Shown here in pieces: positions 35,831 to 46,177 of a stretch of 64,000 nucleotides of DNA. The notes beneath the pieces are model-generated. The model was not told the DNA's origin. It made no database searches and worked only from the letters and a program-made list of their open reading frames with translations. Origin of the DNA: Bacillota bacterium (GTDB taxonomy: Bacteria > Bacillota_I > Bacilli_A > RF39 > UBA660); contig SVAH01000007.1 in assembly GCA_015059485.1 (NCBI GenBank), positions 3,011-67,010 on the forward strand. Reading direction: 5' to 3'. Both the position numbers and the translations under genes were made by a program. Numbering within the stretch: position 1 is the first letter of the stretch; every line of letters starts with the position of its first letter.

Positions 35831-36856
35831 ATGAGACTAAAACGAAAATATGGTGTTATATTTTATTCAATACCAACGTTAGTTTGTACAGTATTATTAA
35901 TACTTGAAATTAATTACGCAAATAATAAAGTTGATGTAGCTAGTGTTTCATATAATGAAAGTAGTGATATATCTTACAAAGTATATTTAAAAGAAAATAG
36001 TTATTATGAGACACCATATTTGGATGAAAAAAGTAGTTATATAGCAAGTTTAATAGATAATTTTACGATTGATTATAAGTATTTAAATACATTTAGCGCT
36101 GATATTGATTATACATTAAAATATGGTGTGACAGCAGATTTAGTAGTATTTGATTCAAGCAATGATAAAAAACCAATCTATACTAAAAAATATACATTAG
36201 CAGATGAGCAAGAAATAAAAGGATTTGGAAAAATGGCTAAAGCAGATTTGTTGAATCAGGTTATAAATTATGATGAATATAATGAAATTATTAATGAATT
36301 AAAAAGAGAAATAGTACCAAATGCAAACTTAAAGATTAACTTTAATACTAAATTTGTTGGTAAAAATAAAGCAATTGGCAAAGATATTATAAGTAATAAA
36401 ACAAGTACTTTAGATATACCTATATCTCAAAAAACAATTGATGCCAATCTTAAAAAGAATAATACATCCAGTAATCAAACAGTTACCAATAAAAAGAGTT
36501 TAAGCGTTCCATTAATTGCACTGTTAGTTGGAACTATATTACTATTATTACTGACATTAATATACTATGTATTATACATTATTAAAACAGCAGAAAAGAA
36601 AACTAAATATGAACAAAAGCTTAATAAAATATTAAGAGAATTTGATAGAGCTATAACCGAAGCAAAAGGAAAATTGAGGTTAGATCGAAATGCAAATACA
36701 ATAGAGATTAAAGATTTTATGGAATTACTAGATGTACATGATAATTTCAATATACCAATTATTTATTATCGTATCAGTAGTACGAAGAGTGTATTTATTG
36801 TAAAAAATGGAAATGATATTTACTATAATGTAATGAAAAGTGATGATTATGAATGA
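35831..36856 (+). CDS. Bitopic membrane protein of the kind found beside SipW peptidases (DUF5305-like)
   Basis: N-terminal TM, a ~220-aa exodomain, a second TM, a cytoplasmic tail. Family name is from memory. Confidence 0.35.
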   Translation: MRLKRKYGVIFYSIPTLVCTVLLILEINYANNKVDVASVSYNESSDISYKVYLKENSYYETPYLDEKSSYIASLIDNFTIDYKYLNTFSADIDYTLKYGVTADLVVFDSSNDKKPIYTKKYTLADEQEIKGFGKMAKADLLNQVINYDEYNEIINELKREIVPNANLKINFNTKFVGKNKAIGKDIISNKTSTLDIPISQKTIDANLKKNNTSSNQTVTNKKSLSVPLIALLVGTILLLLLTLIYYVLYIIKTAEKKTKYEQKLNKILREFDRAITEAKGKLRLDRNANTIEIKDFMELLDVHDNFNIPIIYYRISSTKSVFIVKNGNDIYYNVMKSDDYE

Positions 36857-36869
36857 TTGACAAATAGGA

Positions 36870-36897
36870 TGTAAACATTTTATAAAAAATGTTTACA
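36870..36897. promoter_or_regulatory. Perfect 12-bp-arm palindrome overlapping the -35 of the fibre-subunit promoter
   Basis: TGTAAACATTTT-ATAA-AAAATGTTTACA. TTTACA (36892..36897), 17-nt spacer, TATAAT (36915..36920). Confidence 0.4.
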
Positions 36898-36952
36898 ACA
36901 AAAAAATACTAAGTTATAATGAAATTAATAAAATAGAAAAGAGGTTTTTAAA

Positions 36953-37570
36953 ATGAAGGAAAGCAAAAAGTTTTTACAAGTATTTTCAGTATTAGCACTT
37001 GTAGTTGCTGTATTAGGTATTTCAGTAGGATTTGCAGCAATGTCTACACAATTAAATGTAACTGGACAAGTTAAAGTTGATCCAGCAAAATGGGATATTA
37101 AATTTACAAAATATGAATTTGATGATTATGGTACAGATGCTACAGCAACAACTAAAGCAGCAGAAGGTACTAATCCAGCAAAACCAATTATGAATGATAC
37201 AACATTTAGTGATTATGAAATTGTCCTTACAAAACCTGGTGATAAAGGATCATATACAGTTACTGTTACAAATGATGGAACTCTTGATGCACAATTATCT
37301 TCAGTTAGTTTAGGAAACAGTTTAACTTATACTGGAGAAGCTACTGATCCTGCAGTAAAAGCTAGTGATGAAGCAATCGTTGAAAATAATGTTACTTATA
37401 CTATTACATGGGCAGATGGTTCTGAGATAGCTTCTGGTAGTGAATTAGCTCATGGACAAAGTAAAGATTTAATTATTACTGCTGAATATCCATCTGCTAC
37501 AACTGAACTTCCAACTGCACCAGTTGTTATTACTGGAAGAAACTTAACATTGACATATACACAAAAATAA
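36953..37570 (+). CDS. Secreted TasA/BsaA-like candidate fibre subunit
   Basis: Signal anchor then AAMSTQLNVTGQVKV. Thr/Ala-rich beta-type protein. Monocistronic, with its own promoter and a strong terminator. Confidence 0.45.
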   Translation: MKESKKFLQVFSVLALVVAVLGISVGFAAMSTQLNVTGQVKVDPAKWDIKFTKYEFDDYGTDATATTKAAEGTNPAKPIMNDTTFSDYEIVLTKPGDKGSYTVTVTNDGTLDAQLSSVSLGNSLTYTGEATDPAVKASDEAIVENNVTYTITWADGSEIASGSELAHGQSKDLIITAEYPSATTELPTAPVVITGRNLTLTYTQK

Positions 37571-37582
37571 TACTGAAACTAA

Positions 37583-37610
37583 AAAAGATGTAAAAATGGC
37601 ATCTTTTTTT
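37583..37610 (+). terminator. Rho-independent terminator
   Basis: AAAAGATG..CATCTTTTTTT. Confidence 0.65.
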
Positions 37611-37662
37611 AATGCAATAAAATAAATCTTATAGTATAATTATATTAATAATAGGTGGTAAT

Positions 37663-39783
37663 ATGAGAACTTTTAGAAAAAAACATAAAAGCATTGACAT
37701 GTCAATAAATTTATTATTAAAGCTGGTTGTAATTTGTAGTATTGTTACGCTATTTATTACTGTTGGTTTTTCATCATTATCTACAAGCCTTTCCGTAAAT
37801 GGAAGTGCTAAATTTATGCCAGTTGGCATGATAAGAGTAATGTCAATAGAACAAAAATCATTAACAAATGTAGTTGAAGTTGAAAAAGGATATACTACAA
37901 ATTCTATAAATGTTATAATTGATTTTGAAAATCAAACTGGAGTAGCGGTATATGATGTAAATATTACTAATCTAGGTCAAACTCCTCAAACATTAACTCA
38001 AATAGTAGAAGATATTTATTCTAATGAAGATGTAGAATATGAATTAAATGGTCTTGCAATTGATGATGTTATAGAACCTGGTGAGTCAAAAAATTTTACT
38101 ATTACTTTTAAATATAAAGAAGGTGTAGAAAATTCAGATGAAAGATTGAATGCAAAATTACAATTTGTTTTTGAAGAATATGTAGTTCCAACCACATTTC
38201 CAACTGTTTTTATTCAAAAAGGTGCATGTACATTTAATGGTTCAGATCAAAATATTTCTGGCGATGAATGTTCAAAATATACAAATAAAAAATATATAGA
38301 TACAGGAATTGCTTTATATAGCAATGAAAATTGGAAAAAAGATTACGAAATTGGATTTACTATTGATGAATTTACTTATGCTGGACAAGAAAATCAAGCT
38401 GTATTTGTAAATACTAAACTTGAAGAACAATCTAAATCTTGGCCGGGGTTAGTATTTAGACGAGGCGGAAATAATAATTCTTTAGAATTAACTCAATATA
38501 TTAATAAAGTGAAGAAAGCACAACTATTTTCTTCTAATTCAATGCCAATGACTGTAAGAATTAGAAGAAAAGATGGAGTAATATATTATTCAATAAATGA
38601 TGCAGGATTTATTGCTTTGCAAGATATGAATAATTTTAATCAACAATTTGATGTAACAACGTGGTTTGGTGCAGCTCCTAATAATTCAGGAGTTCCAATG
38701 AGATATTTGAAGGCAACAATGTCAAATATGTATGTAAAACTTGGCAAGATAGAGTCTAATTATTATACCATTGCATTTGACGCAAATGGTGGCAGTGTAA
38801 ATGAAAGTACAAGACGAGTAATTGAGGGTAGTGCTATTGGAGCACTTCCAACACCAACATCTGATATTTATGGTAAATTTATGGGGTGGTATTTAGATTC
38901 AGAGTGTACCAAAGCAGTAGATGAAAATACAATAGTTACTAACAATATGACTTTATATGCTAAATGGGATAGTACAATAGTTGCTGAAATAAATGGAGTT
39001 TTTTATAATTCTATTGAAGATGCAATTGCGAGTGTGCCAAAAACTGGAGAAGAAACAACTATAATTGTCAAAAATGATATATCTAGTAATATAAGTATAG
39101 ATGTAAATCAAAATGTAGTATTTGATTTACAAGGACATACTTTTTCAAACGTAAGCGCTGATGCATCTATAACTAATTCAGGCACTTTGAAAATTACAAG
39201 TGGAACAGTAAAATCTAATTCTGCCAATACAGCAACAATAAATAATAATGACAGTGGAGTTTTAATAATAGATGGATGTATGATAACATCATCTGGAAAT
39301 AAACAAGCTCTATATAATAATGGTGGAGTTTTAACTATTGCTGGAGATTCATATATTAAAAATACATCAAATATAAGGTCAGCAGTTCATAATTTGAATA
39401 AAGGAACTCTTACAATAACTGAAGGAACAATTATTTCCACTAATCATGCAGGTGTAAATAATGAATCTGGGACACTTGTTATTGGAGCAAAAGATGGTAA
39501 TATAAGTACAACTAGTCCTAATATTCAAGGAAAAACATATGGCATTACAGCTAATTCAAATTATTCTATTTATGATGGAATAATAAAAGGTCAAAATGCT
39601 GCTGTAAATAATCAATCAAAAATAGTAGAAATAGAAGATAATAGTGAGATTACATCAGGAAGTGAAATAATAGAAAATAAAAATTATAAAACTTTATATT
39701 TAAATTTATTAGCACCGCAATTAAATGGCGAAAATACTACTAATAATACAAATAATTTAGATAATGAAAATAGTGGAGAATAG
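37663..39783 (+). CDS. Large surface protein: TasA-like N-terminus, Listeria-Bacteroides (flg_new) repeat, beta-helix repeats
   Basis: N-terminus SSLSTSLSVNGSAKF parallels 36953. YTIAFDANGGSV...GKFMGWYLD repeat. C-terminal periodic G(T/S)L.I repeats. Confidence 0.5.
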   Translation: MRTFRKKHKSIDMSINLLLKLVVICSIVTLFITVGFSSLSTSLSVNGSAKFMPVGMIRVMSIEQKSLTNVVEVEKGYTTNSINVIIDFENQTGVAVYDVNITNLGQTPQTLTQIVEDIYSNEDVEYELNGLAIDDVIEPGESKNFTITFKYKEGVENSDERLNAKLQFVFEEYVVPTTFPTVFIQKGACTFNGSDQNISGDECSKYTNKKYIDTGIALYSNENWKKDYEIGFTIDEFTYAGQENQAVFVNTKLEEQSKSWPGLVFRRGGNNNSLELTQYINKVKKAQLFSSNSMPMTVRIRRKDGVIYYSINDAGFIALQDMNNFNQQFDVTTWFGAAPNNSGVPMRYLKATMSNMYVKLGKIESNYYTIAFDANGGSVNESTRRVIEGSAIGALPTPTSDIYGKFMGWYLDSECTKAVDENTIVTNNMTLYAKWDSTIVAEINGVFYNSIEDAIASVPKTGEETTIIVKNDISSNISIDVNQNVVFDLQGHTFSNVSADASITNSGTLKITSGTVKSNSANTATINNNDSGVLIIDGCMITSSGNKQALYNNGGVLTIAGDSYIKNTSNIRSAVHNLNKGTLTITEGTIISTNHAGVNNESGTLVIGAKDGNISTTSPNIQGKTYGITANSNYSIYDGIIKGQNAAVNNQSKIVEIEDNSEITSGSEIIENKNYKTLYLNLLAPQLNGENTTNNTNNLDNENSGE

Positions 39784-39787
39784 AGTA

Positions 39788-40681
39788 ATGATAACTACAA
39801 AAGAAATAGATAGTTTTAATGAATATTTAAACTATGAACTTGATTATTCTATTCTTACTATTAAAGGTTATAATGATGAAATCACCAAATTTTTAAATTA
39901 TTGTAAGGAACATAAGATAGATTATAAAAAAATAAGTAATGATAATATAAGAAAATATTTAAAGTATTTAGATAATTTAAAATATAGTAAAAGTAGTATA
40001 AGTAGAAATTTAAGTTCAATTAGAACATATTACAAATACTTATTAGATAAAAAGATAGTAGATAATAATCCTTTTAAAAGTATTTCTAATCCTAAAAAAG
40101 ATAAAAAATTACCTAATTTTTTAAACTATGAAGAAATAATGAAAATATTTGATTCTATTGATGAAGAAAAAATTTTGGGAAAAAGAGATAGGTGTATAGT
40201 GGAGGTATTATATGATACAGGAGTGCGTGTATCAGAGCTTGTGAATATTAAGATAAAAGATATTGATTTTAACGAGAAAACTATAAGTATATTTGGTAAA
40301 GGAAGAAAAGAAAGAATAGTATATTTTGGAGATTATTTATATGATGTATTAAATGATTATATAAATAATTGTAGAAAAATATTACTTTCTAATAAATCAT
40401 GTGAATATTTAATTCTTAATAGTAAAGGATCACAGATTACAACACGAGGAGTTGAAAAAATAATTGATAAAGTGGTTAAGGATGCATCACTTAGACATAA
40501 AATATCACCACATGTTTTAAGACATACATTTGCAACACATATGTTAAATGGTGGTTCTGATATTAAAACAATACAGCAACTTCTAGGTCATGAATCATTA
40601 TCTACAACTGGAATATATACTCACATATCAAATGATGTACTTAGAAGTGAATATTTAAAAAATCATCCAAGAAGTAGATGA
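39788..40681 (+). CDS. XerC/XerD-family tyrosine recombinase
   Basis: N-terminal SAM-like domain. HVLRHTFATHML and LLGHESLSTTGIYTH catalytic motifs. The track ORF start at 39764 overlaps the upstream gene. Confidence 0.85.
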   Translation: MITTKEIDSFNEYLNYELDYSILTIKGYNDEITKFLNYCKEHKIDYKKISNDNIRKYLKYLDNLKYSKSSISRNLSSIRTYYKYLLDKKIVDNNPFKSISNPKKDKKLPNFLNYEEIMKIFDSIDEEKILGKRDRCIVEVLYDTGVRVSELVNIKIKDIDFNEKTISIFGKGRKERIVYFGDYLYDVLNDYINNCRKILLSNKSCEYLILNSKGSQITTRGVEKIIDKVVKDASLRHKISPHVLRHTFATHMLNGGSDIKTIQQLLGHESLSTTGIYTHISNDVLRSEYLKNHPRSR

Positions 40682-40686
40682 TTTTT

Positions 40687-41382
40687 TTAATATTTATTAT
40701 TTTTTATAAACTCTTTAAGTATCTTAGTTAATGCTCTTTTTTCTATCCTTGATACATAACTTCTAGAAATTTTTAAAAGTTCTGCTATTTCTTTTTGAGT
40801 ATATTCTTTATTATTAAATAAGCCATATCTTTTAATAATTATTTCTTTTTCTCGTTTGTTTAATAAATTTAGATATCTATTTAATAATTCTATATTGTCT
40901 TTTGTATGTAAGACATCACTAATATCTGGACTAGTATCTTTTATAACGTCTATTAAGTTTATTTCATTTCCATCTTTATCATAACCAATTGAATCATTTA
41001 GACTAACATCATTTAAATGACGCTTATTACTTCTAAAAAACATCAAAATTTCGTTTTCCACGCAGCGAGCTGCATATGTCGTTATCTTAATTCCTTTGTT
41101 TTTATTATAAGAATCTATTCCTTTGATTAATCCAATGGTACCTATACTTATTAAATCGTCGGATTCAATATTTTTATTATCAAATTTCTTTACTATATGA
41201 GCAACTAATCTTAAATTATGTTCAATTAATTTACTTCTAGCCTTTTTATCCCCTTGTAACATTAAATCAATATATTTTTCCTCATCATCTTTGGATAGAG
41301 GTTGTAAAAAAACACTATTTGAATAACTACCTGTAAAGAAAATTAATCCTTTAAATAAACTAACTAATGGTAAAAACATCAT
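40687..41382 (-). CDS. sigK: Sporulation sigma factor SigK (with pro-sequence), uninterrupted
   Basis: LIEHNLRLVAHIVKKF and the pro-peptide junction SNSVFLQPLSKDDE match pro-SigK. Confidence 0.8.
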   Translation of the reverse strand: MMFLPLVSLFKGLIFFTGSYSNSVFLQPLSKDDEEKYIDLMLQGDKKARSKLIEHNLRLVAHIVKKFDNKNIESDDLISIGTIGLIKGIDSYNKNKGIKITTYAARCVENEILMFFRSNKRHLNDVSLNDSIGYDKDGNEINLIDVIKDTSPDISDVLHTKDNIELLNRYLNLLNKREKEIIIKRYGLFNNKEYTQKEIAELLKISRSYVSRIEKRALTKILKEFIKNNKY

Positions 41383-41574
41383 ACACTTCCTTTATATAAT
41401 ATTATTAAAAAAGATAACATTTATGATATATTATATTTAAGATGTAGGTGATAAAAATGACAAAAAAAACTATAACATATATTTAGAATTTAATTTGTAA
41501 AAATATGTCTATTATTCTATTTATTTTAAATAAAAAAAATGGTAAAATATAAAAAGAAAAAAGAGGTGCTTTAA

Positions 41575-42030
41575 ATGAAATTTAATAAAAAACAAAAGAA
41601 GATAATGAGACTAGGTGCTACAGTATTATTTTGTATTGCATTAGTATTATTATTAGATATGATACTTAATAAAGATGATAATAATAAATTTATAGGTACT
41701 TGGTATATGGGGTATGAAATATATGATAAAGAAACAGGAGAATTAAAGAATAAAATAGTAGAAGAATTAGTTATATTAAAAGATGGAACTTTTTATACTA
41801 ATGAAAAAATGAATGGTGAAAAAACTAATACTTCAGTATCTGGTAGTTATAAAATTAATAATAGTGAAATAGTATTAAAGTATAATCAGTTAAATAAAGA
41901 TAAAAGTAATACATTACATATAGAAAATAGTAAACTATGTATGAATTCAAATTGTAATAAATATTATACAAAAGATAAATTAGAAAAGTATTTTGGTATA
42001 AGAAGTTCTAGTAATAATGAGGGAGAGTAA
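41575..42030 (+). CDS. Membrane-anchored hypothetical protein
   Basis: N-terminal TM; no recognised motifs. Confidence 0.35.
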   Translation: MKFNKKQKKIMRLGATVLFCIALVLLLDMILNKDDNNKFIGTWYMGYEIYDKETGELKNKIVEELVILKDGTFYTNEKMNGEKTNTSVSGSYKINNSEIVLKYNQLNKDKSNTLHIENSKLCMNSNCNKYYTKDKLEKYFGIRSSSNNEGE

Positions 42031-42032
42031 AG

Positions 42033-42554
42033 ATGGATAGACTAGTACCGGATATATATGCAAAAAGTCTATATACTATTGATTATGAAAAATTAAAGGA
42101 TTCAGGAATAAAATGTATTTTGTTTGATCTTGATAATACCATAGCTCCAGTTAATATATCCTCTCCAAGTAAAGATATGAAGAAACTTGTTAATGAACTT
42201 GAAAATATGGGGTTTAAATTGCTAATTCTTTCTAATAGTCCCAAAAATAGAGTAAGGCCATTTAAAGAACAATTGAATATTGATTCAGCACATAGTGCAG
42301 GTAAACCTTTTTCTAAAAAATATAAAAAAATAATGAAAGTATATAATTTTAAAGATACTGAAATGGCTGCAGTTGGAGATCAATTACTTACAGATATTTT
42401 AGGAGCTAATTTAGCAGGTATTACTAGTATTTTAGTAAATCCAATTAGTGATACAGAATATGTATGGACGAAGTTTAATAGATTTTTTGAAAAATTTATC
42501 TATAAAAAATTTGAAAAAAGAGAAATATTGAAAAAAGGAAAATATTATGATTAG
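42033..42554 (+). CDS. yqeG: YqeG-family HAD phosphatase
   Basis: ILFDLDNTI and GDQLLTDILG motifs; synteny with yqeH. Confidence 0.75.
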   Translation: MDRLVPDIYAKSLYTIDYEKLKDSGIKCILFDLDNTIAPVNISSPSKDMKKLVNELENMGFKLLILSNSPKNRVRPFKEQLNIDSAHSAGKPFSKKYKKIMKVYNFKDTEMAAVGDQLLTDILGANLAGITSILVNPISDTEYVWTKFNRFFEKFIYKKFEKREILKKGKYYD

Positions 42555-43539
42555 AAAATGTGTAGGTTGTGGAATAAAATTACAATCAGAAAATGAAAAT
42601 AAATTAGGGTATGTTAAAAAAGAAAAATTAGATAGTGCTAAATATTGTGAAAGATGTTATAAAATGAAACATTATAATGAAGTTAAAATAACAGCATTAC
42701 CTAAGGATCAAAATCAAATACTTAAAAGTGTAGAATCTAAGGGATACTTTGTCTTTTACATGGTTGATTTATTTAATTTAACTAGTGAAGTTATAAAAAC
42801 ATATAAAAGTATAAAAAATCCTAAATGCATGGTGTTAAGTAAGATTGACTTGTTACCTAAATCATTTAATTTTAATAAGATTGTTAGTTGGTTAGAAAGT
42901 ACTTATAAAATAAAAGAAGAAATAATATTTTTAAGTTCTGTTAAAAGAGTTAATATTAATAAAATCTTTAAAATATTAGATGAAAAAAATATGACATCTT
43001 GTTTTATAATGGGATATACAAATTCAGGTAAGAGTACCTTAATTAATGCAATCTCTAATTTAGATGAAATAAATACAAGCATGATACCAAATACCACACT
43101 TGATTTTATTAATATTCATGTAGATAAATATAAGATTATTGATTCACCTGGTTTTATTTCAAACGATAATATTTATACTAATGATGATTTAAGTTTGATA
43201 AAAAAAATGAATGTAAAAAAATATATTAAACCTAGAAATTATCAAATAAAACCAGGTTGTAGTATTATTATAGAAAATAAAGTAAGAGTTACTAATTTAA
43301 ATGATATTAATAGTTTTACTTTTTATCTAAGTAATCTAATTGACTTAAGAAAAGTATATGAAAATAATGATTACTTAAAAGAATATGAACTTAAAACTTA
43401 TCATGTAAAAGATAATACAGATATAGTAATAAAAGGATTAGGTTTTATAAATGTAAAAAAAGAATGTGATATAAATATTTATATTAATAATCATAATTTA
43501 ATAGAATTTAGAAAATCATTCCTTGGAAGTGATATATAA
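42547..43539 (+). CDS. yqeH: Ribosome biogenesis GTPase YqeH
   Basis: N-terminal CxGCG..CxRC zinc finger. Circularly permuted GTPase (LSKIDLL before GYTNSGKST). Confidence 0.75.
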   Translation: MIRKCVGCGIKLQSENENKLGYVKKEKLDSAKYCERCYKMKHYNEVKITALPKDQNQILKSVESKGYFVFYMVDLFNLTSEVIKTYKSIKNPKCMVLSKIDLLPKSFNFNKIVSWLESTYKIKEEIIFLSSVKRVNINKIFKILDEKNMTSCFIMGYTNSGKSTLINAISNLDEINTSMIPNTTLDFINIHVDKYKIIDSPGFISNDNIYTNDDLSLIKKMNVKKYIKPRNYQIKPGCSIIIENKVRVTNLNDINSFTFYLSNLIDLRKVYENNDYLKEYELKTYHVKDNTDIVIKGLGFINVKKECDINIYINNHNLIEFRKSFLGSDI

Positions 43540-43621
43540 AATGATGTGTAAATCATCATTTTTTTTATTGAGTAACTATAAACTTTAAACTATAATTAAA
43601 TCACAGAAGGAAGTGTGATAT

Positions 43622-44236
43622 ATGGAAATTGAAAACAATAGTAATAGAGGCTTAAAAATTTTGGTAGGCTTACTTTTAGTAGTAGTTTTATTAATGGGAG
43701 GATTTATTCTTTATGATAAAGTGTTAAACGATAAAATTAATTCAAAAGATGATTCTGAAGTGTCTGAAAAATATCTTGAAGAAGAAACAAAAAATACTGA
43801 AAATGAAGGAATTAAAAATCCAACAAAGACAGTTAAAGTTAATTCTGAAGAATTTGAATTTGAAATACCTGATAATTTAGTATACTATTCTAACGATCAA
43901 GGATTAACTATTAAAGATAAGGATAATACATGGAGCATAAATATAGGACAAATTAATGAAAGTTACGCATCTTATACTAATAATATTTTTGAAAATTTTA
44001 GTGATACTTTTGATGTTTCTAATTTTAAAAGAGGTTTATACAATAATGTAGAATTTACATCAGTAGAAGTATCAACTAATTCATATAGTAATACAAAATA
44101 TATTGTTGCATATGCTAAAGCAGATAATAATTACTGTTTTAAAATTTATGTTGATGATTTAGTAAATAATTCATTTAATTATGATGTATTATCAATTATA
44201 GCACCTATTATAGATTCAGCTGTTTATGTAGGTTAA
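43622..44236 (+). CDS. Membrane-anchored hypothetical protein
   Basis: Single N-terminal TM. Confidence 0.3.
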   Translation: MEIENNSNRGLKILVGLLLVVVLLMGGFILYDKVLNDKINSKDDSEVSEKYLEEETKNTENEGIKNPTKTVKVNSEEFEFEIPDNLVYYSNDQGLTIKDKDNTWSINIGQINESYASYTNNIFENFSDTFDVSNFKRGLYNNVEFTSVEVSTNSYSNTKYIVAYAKADNNYCFKIYVDDLVNNSFNYDVLSIIAPIIDSAVYVG

Positions 44237-44342
44237 AATATTTTTATCTAATAAGTAATATAAGAGCGTTTGCTCTTTTTTTCTTCTTTGAATAATTGTT
44301 TTAATATGATAAAATAAAGTAGTAAAAATGGAAGTGAAGTAT

Positions 44343-46100
44343 ATGAGCAAAATAAAAGTAATGAGTGAAAATTTAGCTAATAAAATAGCAGCTGGTGAAG
44401 TAATAGAAAAATGTTCCTCAGTTGTTAAGGAACTCGTTGAAAATAGTATAGATGCTAATTCTACAGAAATAATAGTAGAACTTGAAGATGGCGGACTTAA
44501 AATGATAGCTGTAAAAGATAATGGAAGTGGTATGGATGAGGATGATGCTGAAACTGCTTTTTTAAGACATGCTACTAGCAAGATTTATCGTGATGATGAT
44601 TTATTCTTTATTGGAACGTTAGGTTTTAGAGGTGAAGCTTTACCATCAATAGCTTCAGTATCAGAAGTAGTACTTAAAACATCTACTGGTGATATGGGGA
44701 CAATTATCCATATTAAGGGTGGCAAAATCTTAGAGAAAAAGTCGTCTGATGCTTTAAAAGGAACAAGTATAACAATTACTAATTTATTTTATAATACACC
44801 AGCAAGACTTAAATATTTAAAGTCAGAACAAAGTGAACTTGCAAACTCTGTTATGTTAATTGAAAGAGAAGCACTATCTCATCCAGGTATAGCTTTTAGT
44901 TTAATAAATAATGGACGAGTATTAGTTAAAACTAGTGGAAGTAATAATTTACTTAAAACAATACATGAAGTATATGGGCTTAATATATCTAGTAAGATGA
45001 TAGAGATAAAAGCATCTAGTGATGATTTTGATATATATGGTTATGTATGTAAACCGGAAATATTAAAATCTAATCGTAATCACATGATAACAATAGTAAA
45101 TGATAGAGTAGTTAGAAATAATGATATAAATAGAACTATAAATGATGCTTATTATACTTATAAACCAGATATTAAATATCCAATAGTGGTACTTAAAATA
45201 GATACAGATCCAACTCTAATAGATGTAAACATTCATCCAACTAAACAAGATATAAAAATATCTAAAATAGATGTATTAAATGACTTGATATTTAATACAC
45301 TAAAAAAAGCATTATATGAAAATTTACTTATACCAGATGCTGCTTTTAGGTTACCTGAAACTTACAATGAATTTAAAAATGAAGTATTAGAGTCTAAAAT
45401 AGAAGAGATTGAAGAAAAATATGAACAAAAGGAATTTGTACAAACTGAGTTTAATTTGGCAGATTTAAAAGAAGAAGAAAAAGAAGAAACTATTATAATC
45501 AATGAAGAAATGAAAAAATTAAAACTTTATCCAGTTGGACAGGCTCATGGAACTTATATAATAGCAGAGGATGATGAAGGCGTATATTTAATAGATCAAC
45601 ATGCAGCTCAAGAAAGAGTAAACTATGAAAGAATACAAGAAAAAATGAAAGATAAAAAAGTGATGACAACAGATATGTTAATTCCAATAACTATAGAACT
45701 TTCTCAATCAGAATTTTTAAGTTTAAAAGAAAATTTTGATTATTTAAAAGAACTTGGATTTGATGTAGAAGAGTTTGGGATTAATACAGTAGCTTTTAAA
45801 GGACATCCAACATGGTTAGTTGAAGGATATGAAGAGGCCGCTATTAGAAATATTGTTGATTTAATAATAGATGATAAAAAGAAATTTGATAAAGATAGAT
45901 TTAATGATCACATGGTTAAATCCATGGCTTGTAAGATGAGTATAAGAGCTAATACACCAATGTCTAAAGAAGCAATGGAAGAGTTACTAAATGAACTTGT
46001 ACAATGTAAAAATCCATATAACTGTTGTCATGGTAGACCATCTATAATTAAATTTACAAACTATGAACTTGAGAGAATGTTCAAAAGAGTTATGAATTAA
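44343..46100 (+). CDS. mutL: DNA mismatch repair protein MutL
   Basis: ANKIAAGEVIEKCSSVVKELVENSIDA, GFRGEAL, DQHAAQER, CHGRP motifs. Confidence 0.9.
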   Translation: MSKIKVMSENLANKIAAGEVIEKCSSVVKELVENSIDANSTEIIVELEDGGLKMIAVKDNGSGMDEDDAETAFLRHATSKIYRDDDLFFIGTLGFRGEALPSIASVSEVVLKTSTGDMGTIIHIKGGKILEKKSSDALKGTSITITNLFYNTPARLKYLKSEQSELANSVMLIEREALSHPGIAFSLINNGRVLVKTSGSNNLLKTIHEVYGLNISSKMIEIKASSDDFDIYGYVCKPEILKSNRNHMITIVNDRVVRNNDINRTINDAYYTYKPDIKYPIVVLKIDTDPTLIDVNIHPTKQDIKISKIDVLNDLIFNTLKKALYENLLIPDAAFRLPETYNEFKNEVLESKIEEIEEKYEQKEFVQTEFNLADLKEEEKEETIIINEEMKKLKLYPVGQAHGTYIIAEDDEGVYLIDQHAAQERVNYERIQEKMKDKKVMTTDMLIPITIELSQSEFLSLKENFDYLKELGFDVEEFGINTVAFKGHPTWLVEGYEEAAIRNIVDLIIDDKKKFDKDRFNDHMVKSMACKMSIRANTPMSKEAMEELLNELVQCKNPYNCCHGRPSIIKFTNYELERMFKRVMN

Positions 46101-46177
46101 ATAAATTTATTAAATAATTAAAAGAATAGGCTTTTTATAAGCCTTTTTATTTGATATAATACTATTTAGGTGATTAT

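Noticed and set aside
40687-41382. A skin-like intervening element in sigK.
   Set aside because: The ORF is continuous from the pro-sequence through region 4.
41383-41574. A possible invertible promoter or phase switch near the recombinase and sigK.
   Set aside because: No flanking inverted repeats of useful length were found. There is only AT-rich sequence with a 9-codon ORF.
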